NCBI RefSeq assembly: GCF_018977255.1
Contig: NW_024704742.1
Location: 138,014,001 to 138,078,000 of the forward strand
Origin: Callorhinchus milii
Lineage: Eukaryota
DNA length: 64,000 nt
Direction of reading: 5' to 3'
Below, one piece after another: positions 1 to 13,300 of this stretch. Within the stretch, counting starts at the first letter, position 1, and every line of letters starts with the position of its first letter. The position numbers and the translations under genes are program-made. Below the pieces are notes generated by a model. That model made no database searches. It was not told where the DNA came from and was given only the letters and a program-made list of their open reading frames with translations.

Positions 1-244
1 CAGTAATTCCCTGTGAAGTGCCTTTGAGGAGCTACAGCTGCTGCTGTTTACAAGAAGGGTTTCCGGCCCCAACTTGGGTGTTCACTCTCCAGCGTCTTGG
101 GATGTCCTCTCGACATGAAAGGCGCTGTGTAAATTTCGCTCACGAAATACACAATCACTGCACTCTACGGTACATTCTGTGAAGCGCTTTGAGATGTCTC
201 GACGAAGCAATGAACGCTGTATCGCATGGTTTATATTATAAATG

Positions 245-1210
245 CGGTTGGTGTTGTTGGTATTGATGTTGTTGTTGTTGATGTTGTTGTTTATGTTGTT
301 ATTGTTGATGTTGTTGTTGATGATGTTGTTTATGTTGATGATTTTGATGTTGATGTTGTTGACAGTGATGTTGATATTGTTGGTGATGTTGTTGTTGTTG
401 ATGGTGATGTTGTTGTTGTTGATGGTGATGTTGTTGTTGATGGTGATGTTGTTGTTGTTGATGGTGATGTTGTTGTTGATATTGTTGATGGTGATGTTGT
501 TGTTGATATTGTTGATGGTGATGTTGTTGTTGATGGTGATGTTGTTGTTGATGGTGATGTTGTTGTTGATGGTGATGTTGTTGTTGTTGATGGTGATGTT
601 GTTGTTGTTGATGTTGATGTTGTTGTTGATGCTGTTGATGGTGATGTTGTTGTTGTTGATGGTGATGTTGTTGTTGATGGTGATGTTGTTGTTGATGGTG
701 ATGTTGTTGTTGATGCTGTTGATGGTGATGTTGTTGTTGTTGATGGTGATGTTGTTGTTGTTGATGGTGATGTTGTTGTTGATGGTGATGTTGTTGTTGA
801 TGGTGATGTTGTTGTTGTTGATGGTGATGTTGTTGTTGATGTTGTTGATGGTGATATTGTTGTTGTTGTTGATGGTGATGTTGTTGTTGTTGATGGTGAT
901 GTTGTTGTTGATGTTGTTGATGGTGATATTGTTGTTGTTGATGGTGATGTTGTTGTTGTTGATGGTGATGTTGTTGTTGATGGTGATGTTGTTGTTGTTG
1001 ATGGTGATGTTGTTGTTGATGTTGTTGATGGTGATATTGTTGTTGTTGATGGTGATGTTGTTGTTGTTGTTGTTGATGGTGATATTGTTGTTGTTGATGG
1101 TGATGTTGTTGTTGATGGTGTTGTTGTTGATGGTGATGTTGTTGTTGATGTTGTTGATGGTGATATTGTTGTTGTTGATGGTGATGTTGTTGTTGTTGTT
1201 GTTGTTGATG
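245..1210. repeat. Compound trinucleotide satellite (GAT GGT GAT GTTn)
   Basis: Direct reading; source of the poly-V/D and poly-L/M ORFs. Confidence 0.97.
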
Positions 1211-1321
1211 GACCTTTGCTGCTGGGAGGTCAGAAGGCGGCTGAGGGTTCCGTGGTATTCGCCTGAAGGACCAGCGTTTCAGGCCCCGAGTAAAATGGCC
1301 TCCTTCCCGGTGTGTTCACAG

Positions 1322-1457
1322 ATCACTGCCGCCCGCCTGACCCCCCCTCGCGTCCCGAGGCCGTGGCCATGTCTGACGTGGAGGTGGCGTTGGCCTGGCG
1401 ACCAGGAGCCAGCCCAGGGAGCTCGCCATTACTGTACTACACAGTGAATTACACTCG
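1322..1457 (+). CDS. EGFLAM: EGFLAM exon, FN3-2 N-half ([46 protein letters not shown])
   Basis: cacag acceptor, gtgagt donor, 136 nt, phase 1-2; FN3 motif L-x-W...YY-x-V. Confidence 0.93.
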
Positions 1458-2403
1458 GTGAGTACAAGACTGACCGACATCCAGTGTGAGAGACTGACGC
1501 GTGTTAGTTGATGGGCGGATCGCTTTCCGGAGGTAATAATCCCTCAGAGAAAAAATTTGACCACTCAACACCACGTCTGTTTATGGGACAATACTGTGCG
1601 CAATTGGCTGCCGCGTTTCGCCCACAAAATACGCAGTCAATTCACGTATACTCTGTGTGTATATTCCCTGAAGCGCTTTGAGGCGTCTCAACGAAATGAT
1701 AAGGCTTTGGTTGCACGGAGTTTTTCGAGGAGAATCGTCCGGAAGACTTCACGAAAAAGGGTACGGATGGTGGTCGCAAGCGTTGGCTTGGCCGCTCAGG
1801 CCTCCTGCGCTGGTTAGGATGAACCGAGCCATTGACTCTCCCAATAAACTGAGTAGTTCAGGCCAACTGTGCCCTTGCAACAAAAGTTTTCCTCCACACC
1901 TAACCCTGTTCGGTCACGTTGAGTCAGAGAAGTTTCCGTAAGCATTTGCAGGACAGTGGAAGGACTGAAGAACGAGGGGGACAGTTACAGTCGGCCAAGT
2001 AGGACAACCCCTGGAGCAAGATGGAAGTCCTAAGGTTTTGTGGCAGTGGATTTGATGTTGGCGGAGGCTTTGAGAGCAATAGATCTCAGAGACTTGAACG
2101 GTTCTCTGTCTGACTGAGCAGTTTGCCACAAGACCACAGGTCTATCCATCGCTGCTACAAACGAGATGAATGAACTCTTCTCCAGCTGCGCCCTCAACTC
2201 TCTGCCTTTCATTGACAAGTCTCCTGAAAGGGAAAGAGTTGAGAGCTCAAGAGTTGAGTTGGAGAAAGATACATTCTGCCATTATTTGTGAACTTTAATG
2301 CTGTCTCGACCTACCATCTTGAACCATACACACTTGGGGGAAACAGTAGAGTTAACTTGCGCAGGTTGGGATTGATCAAAGTGAGTGAATATCCTATTTT
2401 AGT

Positions 2404-2448
<45 letters not shown>

Positions 2449-5400
2449 GGTCCGAATTGAAACGAGAGAGCTGTCCTGTTCTGTTCTGTTTGATTTGGTT
2501 TAGTTAACAAGGGAACAATCGCACCTTTTAAACAAGAACGTTATTTAAACCAGTCTTTGAGAAAGCAGCCTTTGTTGTAATAAAGAACTATAATAATAAT
2601 AATAATAATAATAATCCTTGCATTTGATATAGCGCTTTTCACGTCTGGAGGACGTCCCAAATCGCTTCACAGAACACACTGTAAAGTGAATTGACTGTAT
2701 ATTTGTGGGCGAACGCGGCAGCCAATTGCGCACAGCAATGTCCCACAAACAGTCGTAGATTGAAAATGACCAATTTATTATTGTTTTGGGTTTTGGAGGA
2801 TTATTATTAGGCTCTGTGTGGAGTAAGGAAACTTGCCCAAGGTTTGGCCCTCTGCCTGGAATTGAACTCAGGTCTCTCACTTGCAAAGCGAGTGCTCTAA
2901 CCACTGAGCTACAGGACTCCACGAGTGTTTCCTCCACACCCTGTTCCCTCCCATCAGCTCCTAACCTTAACAATAAGAGTGGTAACTGCCAAGCGAGAGG
3001 ACCTGGGTTGGATTCCGGGGCAGGGCGAGACATCGGGCAAGTTTCCTTACTCCACACGCCTCTGTTTACCTCGGAGGAAGTAGGAGCTCGCTTGTCAGTC
3101 GATTGGTGGATCGCTTTTCTGGGGATAATAATCCCTTTCAAGCAAAACAAATAAATAATAAAGAAAATAATAATAATTTGACCACTCCAGTCCATGGCCG
3201 TTTGTGGGATGCTGTTGTGCACTTTGAGACGTCTCGAAGGCGTGATAAGGCGCTGTATCAAATGCAAGGATTATTATTATTATAAACTCTGTAAAAATTT
3301 CTCCTAATATCTCCCCCATTATTCCCCTGGTATTTATCCTAAATGGATGCCCTCTGGTCCCTGACCAGTCCCTGACTCTCAAACTCCATCCCACAGTCCC
3401 TTCGCATTGCTCCCTCCCTCTCCTCCTTCAAGGCCCATCTGATGGGTTGTTGTTGATGGTGACCCAGGATATCTCCTCTCACCCTCCGACGTCCTTCCCA
3501 AAGAGAGGGGAGACCCCAAAATGGCCACGGTCCTCTCACTGTGGTCTAACCAGCGGGAGGGTTTCTGAGGCTAAGCGGGGAATGGTGATTCAGGGAAATC
3601 CTTGGGTCACAAGTCACACATATTTTCCCTCAGCAAAGGGAGGCATGGGAACAGGAGGAGGCCATTCAGCCCCACGAGCCTGTTCGTCCATGCTATTAGA
3701 TCATGGCTGATCTGTACCTCAACTCCAATTCGTTACCCCATTTTCCTGGATACCCAGTTAATATGTAATATCCCTCAAGGGGTGTGTGTGTGTGTGTGTG
3801 CGCACGTGGTGGGGGGGTGGGGTGGGGAGGGGAACAATAGTGCCTCTCACGAGGGGGCTATTTTTGGTCAAAACACATGAAAGGAGCCCCATTTCCATCG
3901 GAGCTCTGTTACACAGGTCAATCAGGGCCACAGAAGCTTCTGAGCCTTGGACAATTACAGGCTTGTTCATTGTATTTCCCCCCCCCCCGGACTCTCTCCT
4001 TCCCTCCCCCCCCCCCCCCCCCCCCACTCTCTCTCTCTCTCTCCCCCCTTCAAAAGCGTCCTGTTATACAGACTGGCTTCTTGTTAATGGGGCCAGCCTC
4101 CGCGTCTTGCCTGGGGGTCTGGAGGTCGTGAGTTCGAACCCCCATCTCCCCTCCCCCACCTTGCCCACGTCGGGGGCTTTGAGCTCACAGTTCAGGCTGA
4201 CATGATGCCCCAGCCCCTCGCTGGGGGAATAAGCCCTGCATTGTCAGAGACGCCTGTAAACATGGTCTTGACAGCCAATCTTTTGGGAAGCGATCAGTAA
4301 TTCCTCCCGCCTCAAAAAGATATTCTTCCCCTCCCCCCCAAACCCCATCCCACCATCGGCAGCTGAGCTTTCAGCCACTGATCCTCACTCTCTGGAATCT
4401 AATTCCCAATGTCCCCCCATCTCACCCCCCTGTGTGAGACGCTGTGTGTGTGAGACGCTGTGTGTGTGAGACGCTGTGTGTGTGAGACGCTGTGTGTGTG
4501 AGACGCTGTGTGTGTGAGACGCTGTGTGTGAGACGCTGTGTGTGTGAGACGCTGTGTGTGAGACGCTGTGTGTGTGTGACGCTGTGTGTGTGAGATGCTG
4601 TGTGTGTGAGACGCTGTGTGTGAGACGCTGTGTGTGTGAGACGCTGTGTGTGTGAGACGCTGTGTGTGTGAGACGCTGTGTGTGTGAGACGCTGTGTGTG
4701 TGAGACGCTGTGTGTGTGAGACGCTGTGTGTGAGACGCTGTGTGTGAGACGCTGTGTGTGAGACGCTGTGTAAGAGGGAGCTGTTGTGAAGCTGTGAGAC
4801 ACTCACTGTGAGACGCGCTGTGTAAGTGAGTTGCAAACCCCTGGGAGATGTTCACTCTGTCTCAGACTCTCTTTGTCATTGAGATCACTGTCTGACCAGC
4901 TTTCCCGCTGCCTGTCCAGCGAGGACCACCCTCCCCGTTAGTTAGGGCTTTGGCTGCGGGGGTAACGGGAGCTGAGGGGGAGGATTCCCCAGTGACTGGT
5001 CGGCCCTTCCAGGTCCTGCCGATGGGCCGGACTGTACTGCCATCAGCAGTGAGAGCCCTGGGATACTGTGGACCCTCCCGGCTCAGGAACCGGGACTAGA
5101 AACCATCACAGAGGGGGGAGGGCTGATTCTGACGTTCCTTTGCCAAACATGTCACCTTGGGGCCAGTTCAGACCGGAGGGGCCCAATGTCCCTCACCCAG
5201 TGTACAGGAGGACGTCTCAAAGTGCTTGCCAGTGAGTTACAGGGAAAGTGTAGTGACTGTGTGTACAGTAGAGGAACCCTCGGATGGAGGAAGGTTTTAG
5301 GCAGCGTTACGCGGTGACGGGGAAGAGGGGGTTAAAAACACTGACCTGCCGAGGAACCTCGGCAGGAAGCAGCCAATCTGAATCCCACACAGGAAGCCGG

Positions 5401-8400
5401 CAGTGAGTCCAGCCCGGCCCGGGCCAGCGCACACTGAGCCTGTGTTTAATACACAGCAACACAGCCTCAGGCAGCGCTGTGACAGAGCGTACGGCAGACA
5501 GACACACTCATTAAAACAACGTCACTGGTGTGCTTGCTCGCTCCCAGCCGCGTCTCGTGTGTGAGGCACAGAGGTCAAATGCAAACGACTCCGAGCTTCA
5601 CCACAGCTTCATATCAGCTCGCACACGCACACGCGCGCGCACACGCGCGCACACGCGCGCACAGGGATGTCTCCCACAGCTTCAACAGCTCCCTCTCACA
5701 CGGTGTCTCACACAGGTTGTCCTCGAAGCGCTGTATCGGCTACACACAGATGGAGTCCGGCAGCTCGGGGGTTAGAGCCCTCGCTTCGCCAGCGAGAGGA
5801 CCTGGGTTCGATTCCCGGGCAGGGGGCGAGACGTTGAGCAAGTTTCCTTACTCCACACGCCTCTGTTTACCAGCAATACGCGGGAACCTGGTTGTTAGTT
5901 GATTGGCGGATCGCTTTCCGGGGGTAATAATCCCTCAAAAAAAATACTAATACTAATAATTTGGTCACTCAATTTGGTCACGACTGTTCGTGGGACGCTG
6001 CTGTGCGCAGTCGGCTGCCGTGTTTCGCCCACAAATATACAGTCAATTCACTTTACAATATATTCTGTGAAGCGCTTTGAGACATCTCGAAGACGTAATG
6101 AGGGGCTGTATTAAATGGAAGGAGTATTATTTTGTGATTATTATTATGAGATGCAGCCGGGGGTGGGGGTCGGAGGATGACCGAAGCCTCTTTTCGCTAA
6201 GAGTTTTTGGAAGTGGAGGGAGAGTGGGCCGGCGGGAGGGAGGGGGGCAGTGAGGAGATCGGGGAGGTGGGTGGAGGTCAATAGTAATAATCCTTACCTT
6301 TGATGTAGCGCCTCATCGCGTCGTTGAGACGTCTCAAATGGCTTCGCAGAATAGACGGCAAAGTGGTCTAAAAAGTCATGAGAAGTTGAGTGACCAAATT
6401 TGCTTTGGAGGGTGCTGTAAGATTGTATAGAATCATCGAACTTACAGCACAGAAGGAGGCCATTCGGCCCATCCTGCCTCTGCCAGCTCTTTGATAGAGC
6501 TACCAACTAGTCCCACTCGCCTGGAAAACTTGCCCAAGGTTTTGCTCTCCCTGGGAATCGAACCCGGGCCCTCTCGCTTGTGAGCTGCAGGACTCCACAG
6601 GTTGGGTTTGACCTTAGTGAGGAGGACTTTAGTGAAGAGTGACAACGATGAAGAGGGGGAGTGAGGGAATGGACTCCTCAATCATCGCCCGATCACCTCA
6701 CCCTTGTGTGCAATACGTCGCTGTGTGCAGGTCGGCTTCCGCACTTTACTGTATAAATCTCACTACACTTGGCAGCCAAGTTTCGCCCACAAAATACACA
6801 GTCACTACACTTTACAGTGTATCCCGTGAAGAGCTTTGAGGCGTCTCAAAGACGTGAAAAGGCACAGTATCAAATTCAAGGATTATTATTATTCTTTCCC
6901 TCCCCTCTCACCCCCCAACCCCCCTCTCTCTTTCCCCCTCCCTTTCCCTCTCTTTCTCCCCCCACTTTTTGTCCCACGCTCTCCCCTCCCCCGCCCAGCA
7001 TCCTGGGGTACAATAATCCCAATCCGCCCCCTTTTCCTGCTCCATAAACCGGATCGGATGGCTTTCCTGACCCAGCCTTCTGACACCGTTAATCTCTTTA
7101 ATCCTGGGATCTCAGCCTCTCCTTGTCACGTGTACACACCGTGTAAATAATAATTTTTACATACGATATAGCGCCTTATCACGTCTTTGAGACGTCTCAA
7201 AGCGCTTCACAGGGTACGCCGTAAAGTTAATGGACCGTGTATTTTTTTGGAGGCGTTATTACAACAACACCAACAAGATTCCATTTATAGAGCGCCTTTC
7301 ACGTCGGGAGGACGTCCCAAGGCGCTGCACAGTTGGGTCGGGACCCGAGCATTGGGGGGAAATGGTCAGGGTGAGGGGAGGGAAGGGAGGGAGCGAGGAG
7401 GGGGGAAATGGTCAGGGGGAGGGGAGGGAGGGAGGGAGCGAGCAGGGGGGAAATGGTCAGGGTGAGGGGAGGGAAGGGAGGGAGCGAGGAGGGGGTAGAG
7501 AGTCGAGAGGGGAGCTGAAGGCACAATCAAAGAGAAAGGTCTTGAGACCGGCCTTGAAGGAGGAAAGGGAGGAAGCGGCGAAGGCACTGGGGGATGGAGT
7601 TCCAGATTACCCCCGAAAGCGATCCGATCGACTAACAACCGGGTTCCTGCTAAGTAAACGGAGGCGTTTGGAGTAAGGAAACTTGCCCAGTGTTTCGCCC
7701 TGCTCGGGAATCGAACCCGGGTCCTCTCGCTTGCGAGGCGAGGGCTCCAACCACTGAGCTGAGGGACTCCCACCTTAACGTCTCACCCGAAAGATGAAGT
7801 CTCTCTCTCCCCAGCGCTGTGCTGGAGAATCAGCCTGGACTGTCTCGGAGTCCCTGATGTTGGGGGGGGGCGCGGGGGGCGGGGGCTGAACTCAAGGCCA
7901 CTGACTCACAATCGGGTGGCTTCCCCCGTCCCCCCCCCCCCCCCCGGCAATCTCTGGGCAGATAGAGGTTCACATCGGGGCTTTGTGTGGGGGAATTTGC
8001 TGTAAACCGGACAGTCATTATTAAATACTACTAGAAACGAGAAGCCTAATAAAAATGCAAACTCTCTTTACCCCTTTCTCTCTCTCCCATCTTCCCCCCC
8101 TCCCTCCTCTCCCCCTCCCTCCCTCCTCTCCCCCTCCCTTTCTCTTTCCTCTCCCTCTCTCTCCCTGCCTTCCCCTCCTTTCCCACTCTCTCTCTCCCCA
8201 CACACTCTCTCTCTCCTGGTTTCTACCCCTCCCTCTCCCTCTCTCCCCTCCCCTCCCCTTCCCTCTCCATCCCTCCCTCTTCCCTTCCCCACCTCCCCCT
8301 ATCCACTCCCCTGTCTCTCGCCTCTCTTCCCCTCTATCTCCCCTTTCTATACCCCCTCTCCCCCTCCCCTCCCCACCAGCTCTGACCAGGATGGGGAGTG

Positions 8401-10305
8401 GACGGAGATGGGGGAGCAGATCCAGGCTGAGTCGATGGTGTTGAAGGGACTTCAGCCGGACACCAGCTACCGCTTTGTGGTCCTCGGCGTCAACGCACAC
8501 GGTTCGAGCCCCCCCAGTGAGGCCAGCATCCCAACCAGGACCCTGGGTAAGTCACACTCACACCCACTGCCCAGCTCACACTCACACCCACTGCCCAGCT
8601 CACACTCACACCCACTGCCCAGCTCACACTCACACCCACTGCCCAGCTCACACTCACACCCACTGCCCAGCTCACACTCACACCCACTGCCCAGCTCACA
8701 CTCACACCCACTGCCCAGCTCACACTCACACCCACTGCCCAGCTCACACTCACACCCACTGCCCAGCTCACACTCACACCACTGCCCAGCTCACACTCAC
8801 ACCCACTGCCCAGCTCACACTCACGCCCACTGCCCAGCTCACACTCACGCCCACTGCCCAGCTCACACTCACACCCACTGCCCAGCTCACACTCACACCC
8901 ACTGCCCAGCTCACACTCACACCCACTGCCCAGCTCACACTCACACCCACTGCCCAGCTCACACTCACACCCACTGCCCAGCTCACACTCACACCCACTG
9001 CCCAGCTCACACTCACACCCACTGCCCAGCTCACACTCACACCCACTGCCCAGCTCACACTCACACCCACTGCCCAGCTCACACTCACGCCCACTGCCCA
9101 GCTCACACTCACGCCCACTGCCCAGCTCACACTCACACCCACTGCCCAGCTCACACTCACACCCACTGCCCAGCTCACACTCACACCCACTGCCCAGCTC
9201 ACACTCACACCCACTGCCCAGCTCACACTCACACCCACTGCCCAGCTCACACTCACGCCCACTGCCCAGCTCACACTCACGCCCACTGCCCAGCTCACAC
9301 TCACACCCACTGCCCAGCTCACACTCACGCCCACTGCCCAGCTCACACTCACGCCCACTGCCCAGCTCACACTCACACCCACTGCCCAGCTCACACTCAC
9401 ACCCACTGCCCAGCTCACACTCACACCCACTGCCCAGCTCACACTCACATCCACTGCCCAGCTCACACTCACGCCCACTGCCCAGCTCACTCATGCCCAC
9501 TGCCCAGCTCACACTCACACCCACTGCCCAGCTCACACTCACACCCACCACTGCCCAGCTCACACTCACACTCACACCCACTGCCCAACTCACACTCACA
9601 CCCACTGCCCAGCTCACACTCACACCCACTGCCCAGCTCACACTCACATCCACTGCCCAGCTCACACTCACACCCACTGCCCAGCTCACACTCACACCCA
9701 TTGCCCAGCTCACACTCACACCCACTGCCCAGCTCACACTCACACCCACCACTGCCCAGCTCGCACTCACACCCACTGCCCAGCTCACACTCACACCCAC
9801 CACTGCCCAGCTCACACTCACACCCACTGCCCAGCTCACACTCACATCCACTGCCCAGCTCACACTCACACCCACTGCCCAGCTCACACTCACACCCACT
9901 GCCCAGCTCACACTCACGCCCACTGCCCAGCTCACACTCACACCCACTGCCCAGCTCACACTCACGCCCACTGCCCAGCTCACTCACACCCACTGCCCAG
10001 CTCACACTCACACCCACTGCCCAGCTCACACTCACGCCCACTGCCCAGCTCACACTCACACCCACTGCCCAGCTCACACTCACACCCACTGCCCAGCTCA
10101 CACTCACACCCACTGCCCACGTGGGGGGGGGGGGGTGGTGTAAGGGTGGGAGGGTGGGGTGGTGGGGTCTCCTCGGAGCTGAACTGGCTCCAAGGTGACA
10201 TGTTTCGCCCACAAAATACAGTCAGTCACTACACTTTACAGTGTATCCTGCGAAGAGCTTTGAGACGTCTCGAAGATGAGCTGAGGCGCAGTATTAAATG
10301 CAAGG

Positions 10306-10337
<32 letters not shown>

Positions 10338-13300
10338 GAGTGGGTGTTGCCGTGTGCAAATCGACTGCCCGCAAAATACACAGTCACTACACTTGGCAGG
10401 GATTAAAGCAACGCAGTTCACAAGAAGGCAAAAGCGGGGTGTGTTTGATTCAAACGCTGGACCTCTCGGTGCCCAAAGGATTAAACAAACAGGAGGTAAA
10501 TAACGAGTCGATGAGACACGAGGAACAGAGGGACAGACGCGCAGCTCCGCTCCAACCTTCTGCTTTGCCCTTAAATCTCCTTAACGTCCAATTACCAGAG
10601 ACGGGATTAGAGATTAGTCTCTTCACACTGACCGGCCTCCCGGCCTCGTCGCTTCACGAGTCTGTTTGCCAGCGCTTAAAATTGCGGAGTCCTGCAGCAC
10701 AGGGGTTAGAGCCCCCGCCTCGCAAGCGAGAGGACCTGGGTCCGATTCCCGGGCAGGGGGGCAAGTTTCCTTACCCCACACGCCTCTGTTTAGCGAGCGG
10801 TCGGTAGGGACCAGGTTGTTAGTTGATCGGGGGATCGCTTTTCTGGGGGGGGTAACAATCCCTTCGAAATAATTAAATTAATGATAATAATTTGGTCACT
10901 CAATTTGGACCATAATCCCTTCCACAAGAAGATGAATTATAATCAGTTCGCTCCGTCCGCGGCTGTTTGTGAGACGCTGCCGTGCGCAGTTGGCCGCTGC
11001 GCTTCGCCCGCAAGACACGCGGTCACTCCACTTCGCAGTGTATCCCGCGAAGAGCTTTGAGACGTCTCGAAGACGCAATTAGGCGCTGTATCAAAGGCAA
11101 AGGATTATTATTACTGTAATCCTGAACTCTGACCCTGATTTGCGGCCGAGATAGGAAGCGGAGCACAGTGAAACTGGTCTGAATTGTCTCCAGTTACCTA
11201 ACAGACGGGGTTCAGCTTTTGCCAAGAGGCAGAATATTGTGGGTTCCAGCCCCCCGCCCCCCCCCCCCACCCCCACCCCCCGACGCACTCAGCATCAGGG
11301 ACTCTGAGCTCACAGTCCAGGCTGAGGAGCGAGAGAGAGAGCGAGAGAGAGAGAGAGAGAGAGTGCCGCATTGTCAGAGATGCCGTCCTTCAGACGAGAC
11401 ATTAAACCTCATCTTGTGCCCTGTTCTGGTGGACGTTAAAGATCCTGCGGTGCCGTTGGGAACAGAGAAGGGAGTTTCTCTCTCTCCCAAAAACATTCTC
11501 TCCCCAAACCGCACACAGTCACTACATTTTTGATGTTATAAACAGCGACTATTCTTATTGTTATACGTTCTGAGAAGCCGGCTGGTGTTTTCATGTCACC
11601 GGCTGCTCTCTCAGCTTTGCTGACCGGAGCTTTTCTGTACGGGACTGTACTTGAAGTCCCCGTAGCTCAGTGGTCGGAGCGCTCGCCTCACAAGCGAGAG
11701 GACCTGGGTTCGATTCCCGGGCAACGAGAAACCTTAGTCAAGTTGCCTTACTCAGCACGCCTCTGTTTACCTCACAGTAACTAGGAACCCGGGTGTTAGT
11801 CAATTGGTGGTTCGCTTTCCAGCGGCAATAATCCCTCCAGTTCACGGCTGTGGATGGGGACGCTGCTGTGCGCAATCGGCTGCCGCATTTCGCCCACAAA
11901 ATACGCAGTCACTACACTTTACAGCACATCCTGTGACGCGCTTTGAGACGTCTCAACAACGTGATAAGGCGCCGTATCGAAGGCGAGGATTATCACCGTA
12001 TTATTATTTTCTCCCTGACGATGCCAAGCTGTGCGGAGGGTGTCGGTGAGCGGAACATTCCGGTACGATGTTGCCCGCGGTTACAGGGTCTCAGGTACCT
12101 GTCGTCATCGCCAGCGACATCCACTCATCCCATCCATCTATCCATCAGCCTCGCTCCAGTGTGCGCTCTCTCTCTCTCTCTCTCTCTCTCTGCTCATTCA
12201 CCCTTTCAGACTTACGCAGAGAATGTCACTCCCCGATGCCCTTTGTATTTGAGCGACTGCGCAGATTTGTACAGAAACGAGAGGTTTCAGGGGACAAAGA
12301 TCCTTCCTTCGACCCATTTGATCCCATCCTTTCAGTGTCTCCACCCGATCTTCCTCCCATTAACGTTTCGCCCACGAGATACACAGTCACTGCACTTTAC
12401 AGTATATCCCGCGAAGCGCTTTGATAGGTCTCAACGACGTGATAAGGCACTGTATCAAACGCAAGGATTATTATTATTATTACTACAGCTGTTTCTTGAA
12501 TGATTTCCAGTTTCCCAGCCTCAACCGCCCTTCCTGTTATCGTGTCTGCGCTGGTGCTCGCGCCCCCACTGGAGCTCTCTACTCTAACCCCATTCCCTGC
12601 TCTCTCTCTCCCCATCGTGTCTGTCGCTCCACCACTGGAGCTCTCTACTCTAACCCCATTCCCTGCTCTCTCTCTCCCCATCGTGTCTGTCGCTCCCCCA
12701 CTGGAGCTCTCTACTCTAACCCCATTCCCTGCTCTCTCTCTCCCCATCGTGTCTGTGCTGGTGTTCGCTCCCCCACTGGAGCTCTCTACTCTAACCCCAT
12801 TCCCTGCTCTCTCTCCCCTCATCGTGTCTGTGCTGGTGCTCACTCCCCCACTGGAGCTCTCTACTCTAACCCCATTCCCTGCTCTCTCTCTCCCCATCGT
12901 GTCTGTCGCTCCCCCACTGGAGCTCTCTACTCTAACCCTATTCTGTGCTGGGGTTCGTTGTTTCTCTCGTGCCTTCCGCTCCACCATGGGTGGACAAGCT
13001 TCCAGCCGCTACTCCTCAAAACTCTGTACTCATTCCCTCAATGCCTTCGTCTTGCTCCTTCCTTCCCCATCTTCCAGTTGCGCCTGAAGATCTTCCTCTT
13101 CAATTGTACCTACGGTCCCCTCCCCCCAAGCTCAGTGTCGTGCTCGGCCTCTGTTCAGCGCTCTAGAACCTATCCTGCGTGAGCAGCACCATATAAATCA
13201 ATTTGTTGTTGTTGTCCAGGATCAATAGGTTAATTAACACTTCGATCAGTTAATTTCCACAGAATCGATCTGTCTCTCGGCCCATCTCAAATTAGCAGCT

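Noticed and set aside
226..1447. 346-aa and 401-aa ORFs
   Set aside because: Stop-free translations of a trinucleotide satellite; the real exon (1322-1457) is in a different frame
8551..10119. CRISPR-like regular array (also 12540-12940 and 42205-43470)
   Set aside because: Head-to-tail units with no unique spacers, no cas genes, eukaryotic intron context
8408..10406. 500-640-aa His/Cys/Thr-rich ORFs
   Set aside because: Read-through from a real exon into a 24-bp minisatellite; the donor at 8547 ends the coding part
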